Positions 9,001 to 14,416 of a stretch of 31,915 nt of DNA are shown here, piece after piece (the first letter of the stretch is position 1; every line of letters starts with the position of its first letter). Location: positions 1 to 31,915 of the forward strand of contig CAMWOF010000001.1 of assembly GCA_947175805.1 (NCBI GenBank), in the 5' to 3' direction. A program made the position numbers and the translations under genes. This stretch comes from an uncultured Clostridiaceae bacterium. GTDB taxonomy: Bacteria; Bacillota; Clostridia; Lachnospirales; Lachnospiraceae. The notes under the pieces were generated by a model, which ran no database searches, was not told the origin of the DNA, and worked only from the letters and a program-made list of their open reading frames with translations.

Positions 9001-9730
9001 CGGCGTGGAATACAGAGTGGTATCCATTGCAGACGGTGCCTTTAAGAATAAGAAGAAGCTCAAAAAGATAACGATTGGCAACTGCACATGGACAATTGGC
9101 AACAGTGCCTTTGAGGGCTGTACATCACTTAAGACAGTCACCTTTAAGAAGACTTCAAGGGTAAAGACAATTGGAAAGAAGGCATTTTACAAGTGTACCG
9201 CCCTGACAAAGATAACCATTCCGAAGTCAGTGGTGACAATTAAGGAAAGCGCCTTTGACGGCTGTAAGAAGTTGGCAACGGTGACCTTCCAGTCCGGTTC
9301 TAAGCTAAAGACGCTGGGTAAAAAGGTATTTAACAACTGTGTTGCTCTGAAGAAGATTGCGATACCAAAGAATGTGACTACCATTGCAAGCAGCACATTC
9401 AGCGGCTGTAAGAAGCTGGCAACGGTGACCTTCCAGTCTGGCTCTAAGCTTAAGAAGATTGACACAAAAGCATTTAACGGCTGTGTGGTATTAAAGAAGA
9501 TTACGATACCGAAGAATGTGACTACCATTGGAAGCAGTGCTTTTAACAAGTGTAAAAAGCTGGGTACAATTACTATTAAGTCTACAAAGCTCAAGAAGGT
9601 AGGAAAGAATGCGTTCAAGGGAATCAAGAGCACAGCAACGATTAAGGTGCCTTCCAAGAAACTGGCAGCTTACAAGAAGCTTTTGAAGAATAAGGGCCAG
9701 GGTAAGAAGGTAAAAATTAAAAAGATTTAA
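2..9730 (+). CDS. Giant modular cell-surface protein, 5' truncated by window edge (Ig-like He_PIG-type domains, beta-solenoid regions, His/Cys repeat array, C-terminal BspA/LRR_5 repeats)
   Basis: The frame is open from position 2 (NIDITNSSVEVPK...), so the GTG at 32 is probably not the true start, and no signal peptide is visible. There are three LP[AE]GL.L..G...GTP Ig-like motifs (nt 662, 2015, 4643), 34 Cys-centred repeats and IP.SV.TI...AF..C..L LRR units. Confidence 0.92.
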   Translation, partial: NIDITNSSVEVPKGVTVPASNGFTMGGTSRIANIILLEGTLAGEYVADTCEYTYFYMLSGGEISNAGFNEMAVKYYPVTLDYNADEITITQSNLGSMALRPELVFAESNEVASISCVPKAGFNLGEGTYQQEGDATASQMKKEENGQTATYTFDMKEKPVTVTIACAGNKISVGKSVADPVAILSHTYTSEEPLYDFATLMIYNDGTEGELGYALADGQVLPAGLSLTDDGKLIGTPTTVNEAGTQVTFVVTGRNGTTAELILNIIVSADGNASQTNQDGRILVDDEAKTINCLGSSVLIEACDAGTAIYIDEDRDGVADYAEPAAKGDFSTYTLYGLKDYDSQRPLQIIMKGGALDYLYGAYNGDVTAEQETDNIYISVQGGSVKILNGAYTAEIAGGIRIERTAAGTVNSLNTCDSRTTYQYIWLDQAGTVTVTGDYTLTKDVTVTNFTIAAGTYQKNHSVTVNPDVTLNVTGNIYQYAYTNLYNKGTVSTKTYTNNSSTSAHFVTEGAKLLPEDNTFNYIYYPMTISCEDLPKNAKAPWFDNSVKTYEDVVYGSPSASTYFNYALVAGYTAYYRLNDGQETVLGTISVGAGTNNKYVYSERKPTNIHVFYVPNEIAAKVKFSVPTAEVNMKYDAENPLYDCAASIEISNDTDSEHGGKMLYQVKKGSSLPAGLRLEDGKIVGTPSAATNGAVPVTLLITGRNGMVTEASLEVSVVEEAEPVRDINEMISLSGSMLDLKGTSVVIYADASSSSYCNIYLDENHDGIADNDLPFKVNGSAKLSLSNVTIYGWQNTSAAYDGDITIYAYGGTIGSVYGVYSSSSSQIAEVNGKVSLYMQGTRVNTCTAAGYRASAKELNLYCTAGTLYYNVYGAYEPASVETVHFAFTKDALFYGGSNSRYYMAVTQGGTVTGNVYAQVGGAGTSYGFGNSYGRFYGVYNTEVSGSVDYSIQGNWRPQYENHFARFATITGDMDIDWQNGYVTTGNSTTTYREFAYDSVIRNLTVNVAADAVMSSSSAMYPYYSGRIQNVYMYVPDALSSVVSTALLTPNTSEFPVKCGYLYNKGAVWVSGEYTLTEDLNTTTLMIHSNGKLIIPENVALTTSSNVNCYGIIENEGTLTTNTTNVYPPNVTVYAGALVANEGTWTSECPVNCYEAIENEGIWNAKNTVQLNANATISNSGQWNAEKQVTLYQGAAISNKNLWNVKTGSIVYLNAAAAKVTNEGEWNTDGRVILNYADDVVENSGTWNMNHGVYINKGKVENSGTFNGKYYSASFDGCVYVCNGGTAVNTGNWMGNAYIDLTSGTMDNAGSLEINLRSTTDTTNYNLHLNNATCMLINREDAVLKLMARVYNYSGKIVNYGTVKQTYQSTNTSYMNLGNVYAAKPVTLSGDIANYTGTNFYYPAVVDYPETAVSGATLATTYSSGVEGDENQYLKAREKFTVTLAGYVGDYTKADVQSVVYGSAEAEATGTNTENQWQGTMPQESIAVKVNIVKNDASQIEITPGEVTIEKLTVNQRNNSIYDLKNLVVTNDDGTEGQVSYAVSSTKPLPEGLTLSNGVISGTPKYASSEPYTAEIIVTGKNLTTAVLKLTFTQIEKAVPSLTVPTGLWGYTNYKLSQVYGMPKPSTGTYSWPDATLDITEKCIAGEKFDLYFTPVDTDNYDWSKVNISAGTWNEEEKRVECKVAITMYTIAPSYTTPTDITAVYGQTLEDVKLPSDENGAFVWRTPSTSVGNVGNKSFYASYVPTDTKRYSTVNLYITVTVQPKEVTAKIPEGLKTYKDNTIGQVELPKAEGGTYKWLTAASTVVKENTKYKAVFIPDENTNYKWIVSDGLTYSEAYKGYVFEVEITVVYHEEGKHTYETKYDGTYHWKECICGDITDKAKHTLGDLKINGDTHIATCTFDGCEYQEENSHSYEKKVGTTEHWYECACHDVINRATHYYSRTVYNETEHWRECSCGAQTDKTAHAYNTNKSDSSSHWKQCSCGAKTDVETHKFETLKYDGQNHWYECACGVKNNVAAHTYGKWLCDEEEDNHYALCDCGAKITAEHKYSDCVSTGKSQHKEVCEDCGREIITDHTWDAGVVTVSPTEVKTGLKIYTCIACGEKKEEVLPKNEPPHPNNEHIRAYDENEHWEVCDDGDGYEFVETRESHTFTDWQIDDKTGMHWKECTVCGYKKQLGTHTWKTVYNAENHWQECGVCGLKKSSGTHSYVKRTDEVNHWQECSCGRRIEIEQHSYRSYSFDANGHWDECSCGKRANEAAHSYGKWQPTEDGSKHYHEWVCEYKEEAEHSADYVWTSDGAENHIGKCEQCGGNSTTEKHVWDAGKVTVSPTVSADGVRTYTCTKCKATKTEKIDKLAASHTHSFTDWTSDASEHWKVCNCGDEADRAAHRWNAGTVTQEPTETETGIKTYRCTVCGREKTEELAKLPHTHKYSEEYTYNETYHWKACSCGAVTARAAHQWDKGTVLKPATIEETGVMQYQCTICGAVKQTVLPKLTEAHEHSFGDWIASDDINHTRTCSCGNQETRAHSFGYWTKDDAENHKKTCRVCGHAIYEAHAWDAGKVTKEADEDELGVITYTCRTCGETKEKTYTLGDHIHSYGDAQMRDEQKHMKICQDATCGHMLLENHIWDAGKVTAAATETKAGTITYTCEECGYKKTEAIEKHAHECDAWEAAEDGVHHIGTCIYGDQDMTEEHTWNDGVITVPATEAAVGAKLYTCTKCGAEKTEVIPKHEHAYGDWVADGEKNHKKLCECGETVTAPHDWDAGYITKPATTTEEGEITYTCEDCGGTKVSPLAKVPENHKHKNVWVKKNADIHVEMCNGCGLPTGQQAPHDWDAGEVTVEPTEATEGVRTYHCTVCDAKKKETIAKLGHSYGEWIKNDQDTHKKVCACGDVVTEAHSWNAGEVTTAATAQAEGVKTYTCTVCGETKTEAIAKLPPETPEEPEPKEVGAEFTDEQSKAKFTVVDPASIDSEDKDTSPAVIYTGSVDANAQEIIIPDTITVDGVEYRVVSIADGAFKNKKKLKKITIGNCTWTIGNSAFEGCTSLKTVTFKKTSRVKTIGKKAFYKCTALTKITIPKSVVTIKESAFDGCKKLATVTFQSGSKLKTLGKKVFNNCVALKKIAIPKNVTTIASSTFSGCKKLATVTFQSGSKLKKIDTKAFNGCVVLKKITIPKNVTTIGSSAFNKCKKLGTITIKSTKLKKVGKNAFKGIKSTATIKVPSKKLAAYKKLLKNKGQGKKVKIKKI
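5552..8800 (+). repeat. Intragenic array of 34 His/Cys modules (24 type A, 10 type B)
   Basis: Manual count from the translation. Type A is H-x~10-H-[WYK]-x2-C-x1-4-C-G; type B is H-x-W-[DN]-x-G-x-[VI]...G-x3-Y-x-C-x2-C-G. Confidence 0.9.
8972..9727 (+). repeat. BspA-type leucine-rich repeat (LRR_5) region with Lys-rich tail
   Basis: Repeats such as KITIPKSVVTIKESAFDGCKKLATVTF; the protein ends KKLLKNKGQGKKVKIKKI. Confidence 0.9.
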
Positions 9731-9769
9731 TGTACAAGAGATAAAATTTAAGACAGGAGTTTAAATCTG

Positions 9770-9800
9770 GGGGCATGCTTTGTGGCATGCCCCTCTCATT
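9770..9800 (+). terminator. Hairpin downstream of giant gene (possible intrinsic terminator)
   Basis: Perfect 9-bp stem ggggcatgc (9770-9778) / gcatgcccc (9785-9793) with a 6-nt loop, but only a weak U-tract (tctcattt). Confidence 0.55.
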
Positions 9801-9805
9801 TGCGC

Positions 9806-9913
9806 GAAGGCAAAGTGAGGATATGTCTGTGCTTGCACAAGACTATCCGAGCGCGCCCGCGAACCCGAGCAGGCTCGCGAAGCGTGACGCTCGTGGTTGT
9901 GTGAAGGCAAAGT
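9806..9913. repeat. Palindrome-rich intergenic element flanked by an 11-bp direct repeat; contains copy A of a dispersed 41-bp repeat (9859-9899)
   Basis: gaaggcaaagt occurs at 9806-9816 and 9903-9913. Internal inverted repeats are present, and the core matches 12553-12593 at 35/41 nt. Confidence 0.65.
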
Positions 9914-9928
9914 TTGGAGGTTAAAAGT

Positions 9929-10969
9929 ATGAAGATACTTGTAATTGGGGGCAGTTATTTTTATGGCAGGGTATTTGTTATGCAGGCGTGTGAACACCAT
10001 GACATTATGGTAGTTAACCGGGGGACGTATTCCATGAAGGATTTCGGGGTACGGGAACTGCATGGAGATCGGCGGGATAAGGCGTTGTGGGAGCAGGCGG
10101 CAGAGGGTTTTACGGCGGCATCGGTGGACGGTTCTCCATTTTGTCCTGATGTGGTGGTAGACTTTTGCGCCTATGAAGCCGGGGATGTGAACACGGTGTT
10201 AGAACATCTGCCCTGTGCTGCGACGTCTGCAAAGGCAGATACTCCTTTGGCAGAAGGAATCAAGCAGTATATTCTTATCAGCACAGTGGATGTGTACCAG
10301 AGAACGTCTGCATCAGAGACGGATACGACTCCGGGGTGCTGTGGGCTGCCTGGGAAGGATGGATTTTTGGAGGAATGCGAGCTGCTTCGTGAGGATGCAG
10401 CTCTGGAGCATCGTCGTATTGCCGGAGAGGCAGGCGCATATATTGCCGGCAAGGTTGCATTAGAGCAGGAGCTGATAGAAGCCTGCCAGAAGCGGGGAAT
10501 TGCCTATACGATATTAAGACCGGCGATATTATACGGTCCCTATAACTATGCGCCCAGGGAGCAGGTGTTTATTCAACATATGCTGCAGGAGCGTGTGCTG
10601 CCGCGGATAACGGATGCGGAGGGAAGATTTCAATTTGTCTATGTAAAGGACGCTGCGGTGGCGATTGTCAAATGCCTATTAAATGAGACGGCATATGGGA
10701 AGGCGTATAACCTGTGCGGTAATGAGATTGCAGATTATGATATGTTTTATGATGCGTTGTTTTCGGCAAAGGATGTGGAGGTGAAAGAGCAGCCTATGAC
10801 TGTGGCTGCAGCCATGGCGCAGGGGACTCTCCTGCCTTTTCCTCTGACGGCAGCAGAAACTCTCCTGTGTTCAAATGAAAGGAGCAGGCGGGAGTTAGGC
10901 ATTTCTTATACGGATTTAAAGACGGGCATGGCAAAAACCTACCGGGCCTTTAAAGGCGTGTTTAGCTAA
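9929..10969 (+). CDS. NAD-dependent epimerase/dehydratase (SDR superfamily)
   Basis: N-terminal KILVIGGSYFYG Rossmann motif, YxxxK (YIAGK), LRPAILYGP. ATG at 9929 follows RBS ggagg (9916-9920). Confidence 0.85.
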   Translation: MKILVIGGSYFYGRVFVMQACEHHDIMVVNRGTYSMKDFGVRELHGDRRDKALWEQAAEGFTAASVDGSPFCPDVVVDFCAYEAGDVNTVLEHLPCAATSAKADTPLAEGIKQYILISTVDVYQRTSASETDTTPGCCGLPGKDGFLEECELLREDAALEHRRIAGEAGAYIAGKVALEQELIEACQKRGIAYTILRPAILYGPYNYAPREQVFIQHMLQERVLPRITDAEGRFQFVYVKDAAVAIVKCLLNETAYGKAYNLCGNEIADYDMFYDALFSAKDVEVKEQPMTVAAAMAQGTLLPFPLTAAETLLCSNERSRRELGISYTDLKTGMAKTYRAFKGVFS

Positions 10970-10971
10970 TG

Positions 10972-10995
10972 CCTGCCGGACAAGCCGAAGGCAGG
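10972..10995 (+). terminator. Stem-loop directly after epimerase stop
   Basis: cctgcc (10972-10977) / ggcagg (10990-10995); no clear U-tract. Confidence 0.35.
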
Positions 10996-11037
10996 GCTAT
11001 GGATATATTTGTAGACAAGGTTATGGACATATTTTTC

Positions 11038-11065
11038 TTGCCAAAGACTGTGGGAATGGTGTAAT
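11038..11065 (+). promoter_or_regulatory. Putative sigma-A promoter of the yhhQ-queF operon
   Basis: TTGCCA (11038-11043), 16-nt spacer, TG-G-TGTAAT extended -10 (11057-11065), just upstream of the riboswitch. Confidence 0.6.
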
Positions 11066-11084
11066 ATAAGAGTCAAATGATATC

Positions 11085-11125
11085 AGACAGTTCGTGACCA
11101 TCCTGTCTTTAAACAAAACTAGGGG
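11085..11125 (+). ncRNA. preQ1 class I riboswitch aptamer
   Basis: Stem AGACAG (11085-11090) / CTGTCT (11103-11108), loop TTCGTGACCATC and A-rich tail TTAAACAAAACTAGG match the preQ1-I consensus. It lies upstream of queuosine genes. Confidence 0.93.
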
Positions 11126-11240
11126 ATTAAAAAAGCAATCGGATTTCAAGTACTTTCCGTGCGTTGTTTTTGTGCGCAATTGTTTTGCCCGGGTTTTGCT
11201 GCGGGCAGCCTGCTCACAGCATTACAAATCGGAGGGTATT

Positions 11241-11972
11241 ATGAATATTTTGATTTTTTTTGTATCGGTACTGTTTTTTTTGGCATCGGTGATTGCCATC
11301 TATAAGCTGTTTGGGAAAACGGGAATTTTCGCCTACATATGCTTTGCCACGATTTTATCCAACATTCAGGTATGCAAGTCCATCACACTGTTCGGTTTGA
11401 CCACCACTGCCGGGCCGGTGCTTTATGCGGCGACCTTCCTCTGTACGGATATCCTTTCGGAAAAGTACGGGAAGAAAGTGGCGGCAAAGGCGGTCTGGCT
11501 GGGTGTGTTTGTCAATATACTCTGGCTGTTCGGCACACAGATTACGCTCTGGTTTGTGCCGGCAGAGACGGATTATATTCAGTCGTCTCTGGCGGTGGTA
11601 TTCGGCATGGTTCCGAGGATTTCCACAGCGAGCCTGGTATCCTATGTCATCAGCCAGCGGCTGGATGTGACACTCTATCACTGGATATGGAAGAAAAGCG
11701 GAGATACCCCAAAAGGATTGTGGCTGCGCAACAATGGCTCTACGCTGGTTTCCCAGCTTGCTGATTCCGTGATATTTGTCAGCATTGCATTTCTCGGGAC
11801 GATGCCGATGGAAGTATTTTTCCAGATTATGTTTACAAATTATCTATTTAAGGCGTTAGTGGCGCTTTGCGATACACCGTTTATATACCTTGCCAGGAGG
11901 TTAAAGCCCATGGAGCTGGGGGAAGCAAACCGCACCGGCACCGGGCCAAAAGACGAAAGGAGTTTCATATGA
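11241..11972 (+). CDS. yhhQ: Queuosine precursor transporter (VUT/YhhQ family)
   Basis: Hydrophobic multi-TM protein with [29 protein letters not shown] and [19 protein letters not shown] motifs. ATG at 11241 follows RBS ggagg, and the gene lies behind a preQ1 riboswitch. Confidence 0.9.
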   Translation: MNILIFFVSVLFFLASVIAIYKLFGKTGIFAYICFATILSNIQVCKSITLFGLTTTAGPVLYAATFLCTDILSEKYGKKVAAKAVWLGVFVNILWLFGTQITLWFVPAETDYIQSSLAVVFGMVPRISTASLVSYVISQRLDVTLYHWIWKKSGDTPKGLWLRNNGSTLVSQLADSVIFVSIAFLGTMPMEVFFQIMFTNYLFKALVALCDTPFIYLARRLKPMELGEANRTGTGPKDERSFI

Positions 11973-12436
11973 GCAGAGAAAACGAAGCGTTAAAGCAATT
12001 GGGGAATAAAACAGAATACCGTATGGACTATGCACCGGAGGTATTGGAGACTTTTGAAAACAAACATCCTGAAAACGATTATTTTGTAACCTTTGACTGT
12101 CCGGAGTTTACCAGCCTTTGTCCGATTACGGGACAGCCGGATTTTGCCACCATATACATTTCTTATATTCCGGATCAGAGGATGGTGGAGTCCAAGTCAT
12201 TAAAACTGTATTTATTCAGCTTTAGAAACCATGGAGATTTTCATGAGGACTGTGTTAACATTATCATGAAGGATTTAATTAAGCTGATGGAGCCGCGCTA
12301 CATTGAGGTGCGCGGGGAATTTACCCCACGAGGGGGGATTTCCATTCATCCCTATGCAAATTATGGCAGACCGGGAACCGGCTACGAGGAAATGGCAAAT
12401 TACAGGATGATGAATTATACACATATAAAGAAATAA
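11969..12436 (+). CDS. queF: NADPH-dependent 7-cyano-7-deazaguanine (preQ0) reductase, short type I QueF
   Basis: [38 protein letters not shown] and RGGI motifs. ATG at 11969 overlaps the yhhQ stop (ATGA), RBS aaggag. Confidence 0.97.
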   Translation: MSRENEALKQLGNKTEYRMDYAPEVLETFENKHPENDYFVTFDCPEFTSLCPITGQPDFATIYISYIPDQRMVESKSLKLYLFSFRNHGDFHEDCVNIIMKDLIKLMEPRYIEVRGEFTPRGGISIHPYANYGRPGTGYEEMANYRMMNYTHIKK

Positions 12437-12508
12437 AATAATAGAAAACTCCGTTATGACTGATAATATTTAAGAAGACATAAAATACTATACAGAAATT
12501 GAGAATTT

Positions 12509-12517
12509 TGATATAAT
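12509..12517 (+). promoter_or_regulatory. Putative extended -10 promoter of the K+ channel gene
   Basis: TG-A-TATAAT in an AT-rich intergenic region; the -35 is weak (TATACA, 12489-12494). Confidence 0.5.
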
Positions 12518-12552
12518 TGTAAAATATACAGGGGTTTTGCTGTTATATTTGT

Positions 12553-12593
12553 GCGAACACGGGCAGCCTCGCAAAGTGTGACGCTCATGGTTG
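12553..12593 (+). repeat. Copy B of dispersed 41-bp intergenic repeat
   Basis: gcgaacacgggcagcctcgcaaagtgtgacgctcatggttg versus gcgaacccgagcaggctcgcgaagcgtgacgctcgtggttg (9859-9899): 6 mismatches, no gaps. Confidence 0.8.
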
Positions 12594-12619
12594 GATTTTA
12601 AAAAAGAGGATAGCGAGCT

Positions 12620-13780
12620 TTGAGTAAATATGAAAGGGTAAAAAAAAGAATCTTTGATATCATTCAGATAGGAAATAAGACAGATTTTGCCAGCAGCGTG
12701 TTCGATCTTGTGATATCCTTTCTGATTATTGTCAGCATCAGCGTCACATTTCTTCAAACCTTTGATGCTCTGGCGGAGTTTCGCCCCATACTGGGCACCG
12801 TGGAGCTTGTGACAATTATTATTTTTACGGTTGAATATGGTTTGCGGCTATGGACTGCCGGCTATCTGTATGAGGGAATGACGCCTTTAGCGGCAGTGGG
12901 AAGGTATATAGTTTCCTTTTATGGCGTTGTGGATTTGCTGACTATCATATCCTACTTTGTACCTTTTCTTTTTACCAATGGGTTTGTGGCGCTCAGGATG
13001 CTGCGGGTGGTCAGAATCATGCGTCTGTTCAAGCTAAATTCCCACTATGACGCTTTCAATGTGATAACGGATGTGTTACGGGATAAGAAGAACCAGATTT
13101 TTTCCTCGGTGTTTATGATTATTGTGCTCATGCTGGCGTCCTCCATGTGTATGTACAGTTTAGAGCATGACGCCCAACCGGAAAATTTTCAAAATGCTTT
13201 CTCCGGTATCTGGTGGTCGGTGTCCACTCTGCTTACGGTGGGCTATGGGGACATATATCCGGTTACGATTGGCGGGCGCATACTAGCTATCTTTATTGCA
13301 TTTCTAGGGGTGGGTATGGTAGCGATTCCCACCGGTATTATCAGCGCAGGCTTTGTGGAGCGCTACACGAAGATTAAGACCGGCAGCTACTCCAAAAAAA
13401 ATGCGGAGTTTGTCGTTTTGGATATTCCGGAAGGGCACAGCTTTATTAACCGCACGCTCTCCGAGCTTGATTTGCCGGAGGGGCTTTATATGGCGGTGCT
13501 GTTAAGAGGGGAGGATATACTGACTCCTTACGCTTCCCTGGTGATTCACAAGGGGGACAGCCTCTTGCTGGTGAGCACCAGCAACAAGAGCGTAGATTCC
13601 GCCATCCAGGAGGTAACACTGGAGGCCAGCCACCCGTGGATAAAAAAGAAAATAAAAAATCTGGACATATCAAGACAGACTTTTATTATCATGATTCGCA
13701 GAAAACACAGGATAATCAGGCCGGAGGGGGAGACCTGCCTGCGGGAGGGCGATGTTTTGGTGCTGTTGGATAAGCGGTAA
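12620..13780 (+). CDS. Voltage-gated potassium channel (6TM) with two C-terminal RCK_C/TrkA-C domains
   Basis: TVGYGD selectivity filter, S4-like LRMLRVVRIMRLFK, and two RCK_C-like repeats ending ...HKGDSLLLV and ...REGDVLVLL. TTG start with RBS gagga. Confidence 0.88.
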   Translation: MSKYERVKKRIFDIIQIGNKTDFASSVFDLVISFLIIVSISVTFLQTFDALAEFRPILGTVELVTIIIFTVEYGLRLWTAGYLYEGMTPLAAVGRYIVSFYGVVDLLTIISYFVPFLFTNGFVALRMLRVVRIMRLFKLNSHYDAFNVITDVLRDKKNQIFSSVFMIIVLMLASSMCMYSLEHDAQPENFQNAFSGIWWSVSTLLTVGYGDIYPVTIGGRILAIFIAFLGVGMVAIPTGIISAGFVERYTKIKTGSYSKKNAEFVVLDIPEGHSFINRTLSELDLPEGLYMAVLLRGEDILTPYASLVIHKGDSLLLVSTSNKSVDSAIQEVTLEASHPWIKKKIKNLDISRQTFIIMIRRKHRIIRPEGETCLREGDVLVLLDKR

Positions 13781-13852
13781 AGATATCATATGAATACTGA
13801 ATTAATATAACCAAAGAGGATGTGCGTCTAGTGGAAAGGAGAAGGGGATTCT

Positions 13853-14227
13853 ATGGCGGATTATGTGAAGTTGCAAATGAAAGGGCTCAGAGAGGTGATT
13901 GATTACAGCCAGAAGCTTTTGCCGGCTGTGCAGGAGATTATAGACGAGCTGAAGCTGGGAAGAAAAAAGGACACCGGCGAGATTTTAAATTTGATTATTC
14001 TGGGCATTAACTGGGAGATTGAAATGTATAACTGCTGTGAGAAGCTCATAAATATAGACCGCAGAGTGGTGGATAAGAAGCAGATGACCGCATCGGTAAA
14101 TGAGCTGGGACAGGTGCTGAAGCAGGGGGATGACTGGCAGATTGCTGAGTGCTTAGAACTGCAATTCGTTCCGTTTTTGAGTGTGCTGGAAAGCGCTGCA
14201 AAAGAGACACTTTTGAGGGATATCTGA
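13853..14227 (+). CDS. Hypothetical small alpha-helical protein (124 aa)
   Basis: Strong RBS (aaggagaagggg), plausible codon usage, co-oriented with the channel gene; no motif recognised. Confidence 0.75.
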   Translation: MADYVKLQMKGLREVIDYSQKLLPAVQEIIDELKLGRKKDTGEILNLIILGINWEIEMYNCCEKLINIDRRVVDKKQMTASVNELGQVLKQGDDWQIAECLELQFVPFLSVLESAAKETLLRDI

Positions 14228-14320
14228 TTTTGGGTCAAATAGGTTGCAGTAGATGCTGTGCAATCAAAGATTTGCTATTGAGGGATATCTAATTTTAGAT
14301 AAAATGGGTACGATATAGGG

Positions 14321-14366
14321 TTAAAAAACGGGCAGTCTGGAAGGTATATCACCTTTGACTGCCCGT
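14321..14366 (-). terminator. Intrinsic terminator of the FliD-like gene (possibly bidirectional)
   Basis: acgggcagtc (14328-14337) / gactgcccgt (14357-14366) with inner aaggt/acctt; the A-run on the left gives a U-tract on the minus strand. Confidence 0.8.
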
Positions 14367-14416
14367 ATTATATTGCGTATAGTCTGCATGTTCTGACAGG
14401 TACAATGCTGTGTACC

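Noticed and set aside
11094-11240. ORF-track N-terminal extensions of yhhQ (also queF 11867, rplJ 16041, rpoB 17353, deoC 25003, epimerase 9914)
   Set aside because: Downstream starts have good RBSs and match family N-termini; some extensions overlap the riboswitch or L10 leader.
12640-12647. A8 run near the start of the K+ channel gene as a phase-variation tract
   Set aside because: The frame is intact and A8 runs encoding Lys-Lys are common at this base composition.
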